From: Candidatus Latescibacterota bacterium
Lineage (GTDB): Bacteria; Latescibacterota; UBA2968; UBA8231
Assembly (NCBI GenBank): GCA_965242865.1
Contig: CBDETK010000013.1
Location: 5,248,001 to 5,312,000 of the forward strand
Direction of reading: 5' to 3'
DNA: 64,000 nucleotides
Below the pieces are notes generated by a model, which was not told the origin of the DNA, did no database searches, and saw only the letters and a list, made by a program, of their open reading frames with translations. Shown here in pieces: positions 59,719-64,000 of the stretch. The position numbers were made by a program, and so were the translations under genes. The stretch's first letter is position 1. Each line of letters begins with the position of its first letter.

Positions 59719-61806
59719 TCATATCCCCAACGTCTTGAAGTTATGCTTGATGGTTGCCGCCAGCGTCGCCGCCTCTGCGTCAAGCCCGTCCAGTTCCTCG
59801 TGAATTTCGCGCAGAGCCTCCCTAAAGTCGAAGTCCTCGTCCTCCTCTTCGGGCGCGATCCCCACGTAGCGACCCGGAGTCAAGCTCCAATCGTTGGCCT
59901 CAATCTCGGCGCGATCCACCAGCTTAACCAGCCCTTCCACATCGCGCAGTTCAGCGTCTGGAAAACGCTCGGTGAGCCAGTGGGCCTCCTGATAGAAGTA
60001 GCGCACCTGCTTGAGTTGCTCAACGGCGCACTGGCGGGCCTCGTCGGCGGCCCTACAGGCGCGAGTGACGCCGCGGGCGTCATAGACGGCACTGGACTTG
60101 GCGTCGCATTCCTCCGCGCAAATCTCGATGAGGTGGGTAGCCAGCTTGTACAGGTGCTCGGTCTGTCTGGCAAGATCGCGGCTACGCTCGGCCAGCGAGG
60201 CGAGGCCATCAACCCTCGGCTTCATCGTGCCGCTGTTAATTTTCTGCCCGGCCCAAGCCTCCCGCTGCGCGGAGATTGCCTTTTGGAAAGCGTCCCCATC
60301 CGCCTCAAACTCGCGCAGGGCGTTCGCCAACTTCTCGGACGCCTCGGCATGGGCGTCTTCTGCATCCAGCGTATTGAGAAAGGGAACCAGCACATCCCGT
60401 AGGCTGTTGAGCGAGATTAGAAAATTCGGCAGGCCAATGCTAAAACATCCCTTCCCCTCGTCGAGAGCACGGTCGCAATAGCGCGACACCAACTCGACAA
60501 AACGCTCCCTCTCGCCCCGGTAGAGCCAGACGATAGCCAGCAAGTTCTGCTGCTGTTCGGGGCTGAAGTCGCAGATTTTGCGCGTCACTTGGCGGTACAC
60601 AGTGCGGGCGTCGATCATCAGCACCTTGTCGCGGTGCGCCTCGGGCTTGCTGCGGTTGAAAAACCACAGCTCGCACGGCACGGTGCGGGTGTAGAAGAAA
60701 TTGTTGCGAATGGCGATCATCGCGTCCACATCGCCGCTCTCCACCAGTTTCCGCCGCACCTGCGCCTCGCTACCACCAGCACTAGACGCCTGCGACGACA
60801 TCACAAAGCCGGCCCGGCCCCGCTCGTTCAGATAGCTGTAGAAGTAGCTAATCCAGACGTAGTTGCCGTTGCTGACTTTGCCCTGCTTGTTGACGCCAGG
60901 CAGGCCAAACGGCAAGCGCGGATCAACCTTCACCTTGTCGGCGTCAATCTCATCCACATTAAAGGGCGGATTGGCCATGAGGTAGTCGGCCCGCCCCACC
61001 AGTTCGTGCGGATCCTCATAGTACGTAATGGCCTGCTGGATGTCGCCTTCGAGTCCGTGGACAGCGAGATTCATCTTGGCGAGGTGGATGGTGGTGGCGT
61101 TTTTCTCCAAGCCGCGAAACGTGAGCCGCTCGGTGGGACTTTGGCCGTGCTCCTCTACGGTGCGGGCACTCTGTACGAACATGCCACCGGAACCACACGC
61201 CGGGTCCAGCACCGTGCCGCGCTGCGGGTCGAGCACATGGGCGATTAGCGACACCAGCGACACGGGCGTGAAAAACTCCCCGCCGTCGTGGGCCTTCTGA
61301 TCGGCGAACTGCGTCAGGAAGTACTCGTAGATGCGGCCGAAGACATCGCCGGAGACCTGCTTCAACTCGTCCGGGTTGAGCGTCCGCAGGAGTTGGCCGA
61401 GGACGGCACTGTCCAATTCCCGGTATTCGCTCTTGGGCAGAACGCCGCGCAGGTTATCGTAGTCATCTTCAATGGACTCCATGGCCGCGATGATAGCCCC
61501 GGCCCGATCCGCTCCATCGGGCAAGGCGACGAGGTAGTCAAACTGCGCTTCGGGCCGGAGAAAAATAGCACTCTTTTGCGAGAAATCTCCTTTGGTAAGT
61601 CCCCGCCTTATGCCGTCGCGAATGGGCAGATTATCCTCGATGCCGGGCTTGACGGCCAGATAGCGGCTGTAGGCGTGACGTAGAAAGACCAGTCCCATCA
61701 CCGGCAAAAAGTACTCGTTGCTGGCGTGACTGGTATTGGCGCGGAGCGTATCTGCCGCGCTCCAGAGGCGTCTTTCAATAGCTTCAATATGTTCGAGTTG
61801 CGACAT
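59719..61806 (-). CDS. hsdM: Type I RM methyltransferase subunit M
   Basis: LWSAADTLR, GEFFTP, LDPACGSGGMF, ANPPFN, WSLTPGRYVG. Confidence 0.95.
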   Translation of the reverse strand: MSQLEHIEAIERRLWSAADTLRANTSHASNEYFLPVMGLVFLRHAYSRYLAVKPGIEDNLPIRDGIRRGLTKGDFSQKSAIFLRPEAQFDYLVALPDGADRAGAIIAAMESIEDDYDNLRGVLPKSEYRELDSAVLGQLLRTLNPDELKQVSGDVFGRIYEYFLTQFADQKAHDGGEFFTPVSLVSLIAHVLDPQRGTVLDPACGSGGMFVQSARTVEEHGQSPTERLTFRGLEKNATTIHLAKMNLAVHGLEGDIQQAITYYEDPHELVGRADYLMANPPFNVDEIDADKVKVDPRLPFGLPGVNKQGKVSNGNYVWISYFYSYLNERGRAGFVMSSQASSAGGSEAQVRRKLVESGDVDAMIAIRNNFFYTRTVPCELWFFNRSKPEAHRDKVLMIDARTVYRQVTRKICDFSPEQQQNLLAIVWLYRGERERFVELVSRYCDRALDEGKGCFSIGLPNFLISLNSLRDVLVPFLNTLDAEDAHAEASEKLANALREFEADGDAFQKAISAQREAWAGQKINSGTMKPRVDGLASLAERSRDLARQTEHLYKLATHLIEICAEECDAKSSAVYDARGVTRACRAADEARQCAVEQLKQVRYFYQEAHWLTERFPDAELRDVEGLVKLVDRAEIEANDWSLTPGRYVGIAPEEEDEDFDFREALREIHEELDGLDAEAATLAATIKHNFKTLGI

Positions 61807-61829
61807 ACCCATCCCGCAGTAAAAGGGGC

Positions 61830-61862
61830 TTACATGCTCCCCGCAATCAGATACCTGATCAT
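61830..61862 (-). pseudogene. vapC remnant (first ~5 codons)
   Basis: TGATG coupling after vapB gives MIRYLIAGSM*, matching the usual VapC start M..Y(L/M)LDTN only for the first codons. Confidence 0.45.
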
Positions 61863-62098
61863 CACAGTTTTTCCCGCTGTCCATCGGCTGGCTGACCCCG
61901 TGCAGACATAAAATCATCTGAAACACCGGGGCCGTTGAACCACTCAGCCCAACTCTCGCCAGCAGGCGTGATAACGCGCTTTGACCCTATCGCGACGATA
62001 TCGACCTCTCGCACCGATTCCGGCAGCTCGACGGCTTTGGGCAGCCGCACCGCTTGGCTCTTGTTGCTCATAAAAACTTTCGTGTGTGCTGTTGCCAT
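61862..62098 (-). CDS. vapB: VapB (AbrB/MazE-type) antitoxin
   Basis: VFMSNKSQAVRLPKAV..P..V..V.I...G..RVITP...SW..WF....VSDDFM..R.QP. Confidence 0.92.
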   Translation of the reverse strand: MATAHTKVFMSNKSQAVRLPKAVELPESVREVDIVAIGSKRVITPAGESWAEWFNGPGVSDDFMSARGQPADGQREKL

Positions 62099-62120
62099 GC
62101 TATAACCTCGCTTCGGTATG

Positions 62121-62144
62121 GTATGCTAGTCCCTACCCGCATAC
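62121..62144. promoter_or_regulatory. Putative vapB operator inverted repeat
   Basis: gtatgc-N12-gcatac just upstream of vapB. Confidence 0.35.
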
Positions 62145-62157
62145 ATCTTGGGATAAT

Positions 62158-62206
62158 GAATGACATCCGGTGAACGTGGTGGCCGCCTTGCCTCACGCGC
62201 AATTCA
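62158..62206 (+). repeat. ~50-bp copy of an internal segment of the zeta-like gene (59315-59364)
   Basis: gaatgacatccggtg-aacgtggtggccgccttgcctcacgcgcaattca vs gaataacatccggtggaacgtagtggccgccttgcctcacgcgcaattca. Confidence 0.9.
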
Positions 62207-62213
62207 GCTACCC

Positions 62214-63680
62214 CTACAGCCCCACCGCAAACACCTTCGCCCGCGCCAGATGCAGGCGAACGGCTACCTGCTTACCGCGCAGGGCCGACAAATCGCTGCG
62301 GCCCCGCCACGTCGCCACCCCAGCCAACTCGTCGCCGGCCAGCGCGTCCGCCTCGGCGAGCCCGAAGCCCGCGATGGCCTGCACCGGCGCAGCCGGCGAA
62401 GCGGGCGGCTCAACCAGCTCGGCCTTGATCCAACCGCCTTCCTTTTGCGTCTGGAAGTTGAGCGTCAGCGTGCGGCCCTCGCACGCGCGCTCGACCAGCG
62501 TTACGCGGCCCTCCACCGGCGCTTCGAGCGCGACCAGCCGATCTCGCTGCCAAGTGGCCCAACGCCATTCGGCCGGCCGGCCCGGGTCGTGCCGCTCGCC
62601 CCAGTCGTGCAAGTCGTACTGCCCCACGAACATCACGCCCCACGTATCCGAGTCGAGCGCGACCAGTTCCGGGAAGGCAAACATCATGCCGTACCCTTCG
62701 GGATCCGAGGAGATGATGGGCTTGCGCTCGGGCCGGCTCCACAGCAAGCCGTCGCGGCTCGTCGCCAACTGCACATCGACCGTGGCTGTCCAGCGATGGT
62801 ACATAGCGGGGAACATCAGGTGGAAGCCGCCGTGGGGATAGCGGCAATAGCCGGCCGCGTACACGTCGTCGTCAATGGGGTCTTGCGGGTCCGCGCCGAA
62901 TACCGGGCGCGGCTGCGACCACTGGCCAAACTCCGCGCCCTCGGTGCGGCGCACGATGCGGCGGCGCTGCTGCTGGCCGCGCAAATAGGCTACATACCGC
63001 CCGGCTGCCGCGTCGTACGCGGCGATGTTGTGGCTGTCGAGTCCGGTGCGGCCCACGTTCAAAAGCGGCTCCTCCAAGAAGGTCCACCGCTTGCCGTCGG
63101 GCGACACCGCGCCTTTGAGCAAGCCGACGAAATATAGCGCGGCCGCCCGCTGCTCGGGCGTGTAACCGGCCTCCTGCATGGCGCGGCGAATGGCCCACTT
63201 GCGCTCCCGCGTCATCCCGGGCACCGCCACGCCCTCGTGATAGGCAATCGCATCGCGGGCCATGGCCTTGTACCGAGCCTCCGGCGGAGCCACCGGATCG
63301 ACAAACACAGATTGCAGCCCAAAGTCGCCAAAGGGAAAGAGCAAGTTGTTGGCCGTGCGGCCGCCGTACGCTTGCAAATGCAAGGCCGGGCGTTGCCAAC
63401 AAAAGCCATCGGCACTCTCGGCGTACGCAATGAAGGGGGCCTCGCTAGCGCCGCGGGCGATGTACCACATCTTCAGCACCCCGCCATCGCTGAGGACGAC
63501 TTGGGGCGTCAAGCCGCCGGCTTCCCAAGGGTGCGCCGGCTCGATAAAGACCGGCGATTTACGCGCCTCCTGGACGGCCAAGCACACGCCGACCGGCGGG
63601 TCTTGCACCCAGGCTTGGCCACCTTGGATGCCGGCTTGACCGGCCCACACGCCGTACCAGTCGAGAAAGGGCTGGAGCAT
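62214..63680 (-). CDS. Hypothetical protein, GH32/43-like five-bladed beta-propeller
   Basis: Asp-box-like AESADG..W, VSPDG..W, TSRDG..W repeats; C-terminal LTLN..G.I..EL...W....DLS.L.G..V.VR domain. Confidence 0.65.
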   Translation of the reverse strand: MLQPFLDWYGVWAGQAGIQGGQAWVQDPPVGVCLAVQEARKSPVFIEPAHPWEAGGLTPQVVLSDGGVLKMWYIARGASEAPFIAYAESADGFCWQRPALHLQAYGGRTANNLLFPFGDFGLQSVFVDPVAPPEARYKAMARDAIAYHEGVAVPGMTRERKWAIRRAMQEAGYTPEQRAAALYFVGLLKGAVSPDGKRWTFLEEPLLNVGRTGLDSHNIAAYDAAAGRYVAYLRGQQQRRRIVRRTEGAEFGQWSQPRPVFGADPQDPIDDDVYAAGYCRYPHGGFHLMFPAMYHRWTATVDVQLATSRDGLLWSRPERKPIISSDPEGYGMMFAFPELVALDSDTWGVMFVGQYDLHDWGERHDPGRPAEWRWATWQRDRLVALEAPVEGRVTLVERACEGRTLTLNFQTQKEGGWIKAELVEPPASPAAPVQAIAGFGLAEADALAGDELAGVATWRGRSDLSALRGKQVAVRLHLARAKVFAVGL

Positions 63681-63683
63681 GGC

Positions 63684-64000
63684 CTAGGTCGGCCAGTTCT
63701 GATGGGCCAACAGGCGCAAGCGGTCGGCTTCGCTGAGGTGCTTTTTGATTGCGCCGGCGAACTCTTCCAACGTCTGCTCCACCGTGGCGTCGGACGTGTC
63801 GAGGGCGAATTTCTTGCGGATGAGCGAGTCGCGGTATTCCTCCTCAAAGCGCTGCAACACGAGTTCGATGTCCTTTTCCTGCACTACTGGCCGCTCGTGC
63901 GGCTGGTCGCGCATGCGCTGGGCAATGACTTGGGGCCGCGCCCGCAACAGCACGAGCACTGTGTCGGGCGCGTGCTGCATGATCTCCTCGTCGAGGGCGC
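63684..64000 (-). CDS. Partial P-loop kinase-like protein (3' end)
   Basis: VLVLLRARPQVIAQR...LDTSDATVEQTLEE resembles nucleoside-kinase C-termini; 5' end outside window. Confidence 0.5.
   Translation of the reverse strand, partial: ALDEEIMQHAPDTVLVLLRARPQVIAQRMRDQPHERPVVQEKDIELVLQRFEEEYRDSLIRKKFALDTSDATVEQTLEEFAGAIKKHLSEADRLRLLAHQNWPT

Larger units (their letters stand above)
45143..62206 (-). other. Defence island 2 (~17 kb): McrBC, HipA/HIRAN, type I RM with nested cassettes, vapB
   Basis: Contiguous co-oriented defence/TA genes between catabolic backbone genes; mosaic GC. Confidence 0.8.

Overview
GC-rich bacterial chromosomal window. The gene content (two sulfatases, two PhyH dioxygenases, Gfo/Idh/MocA oxidoreductases, a CehA/McbA-type metallohydrolase, an FlgD-tailed GH5, a 'SWGxIK'-tailed secreted protein) resembles Latescibacterota/Poribacteria-type genomes; this is inference only. 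The catabolic backbone is interrupted by two defence islands. Island 1 (~2968-14672) carries a PLD-SNF2 helicase, an N6-adenine MTase, a Hachiman-like pair whose helicase has a C-terminal HIRAN domain, and a DprA/SLOG-like gene. It is bracketed by a 35-bp near-perfect direct repeat and has no integrase. Island 2 (~45143-62206) carries McrBC, a broken HipA-like kinase plus HIRAN protein, and a type I RM system. Nested in the RM system are a zeta-like ATPase pair and a translationally coupled three-gene cassette: TIR-ORC/CDC6-like NTPase, unknown Rossmann/CARF-like protein, SPPY-type MTase. That cassette is the best candidate for an undescribed system. Other points: four separate toxin/effector genes are broken while their partners are intact, an 11-unit 16-bp tandem repeat has grown from a hairpin, and three tandem GT-C-like membrane paralogs differ mainly in short loops. 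No rRNA, tRNA, CRISPR array, transposase or integrase was recognised. All family calls come from motif recognition by eye, not database searches.
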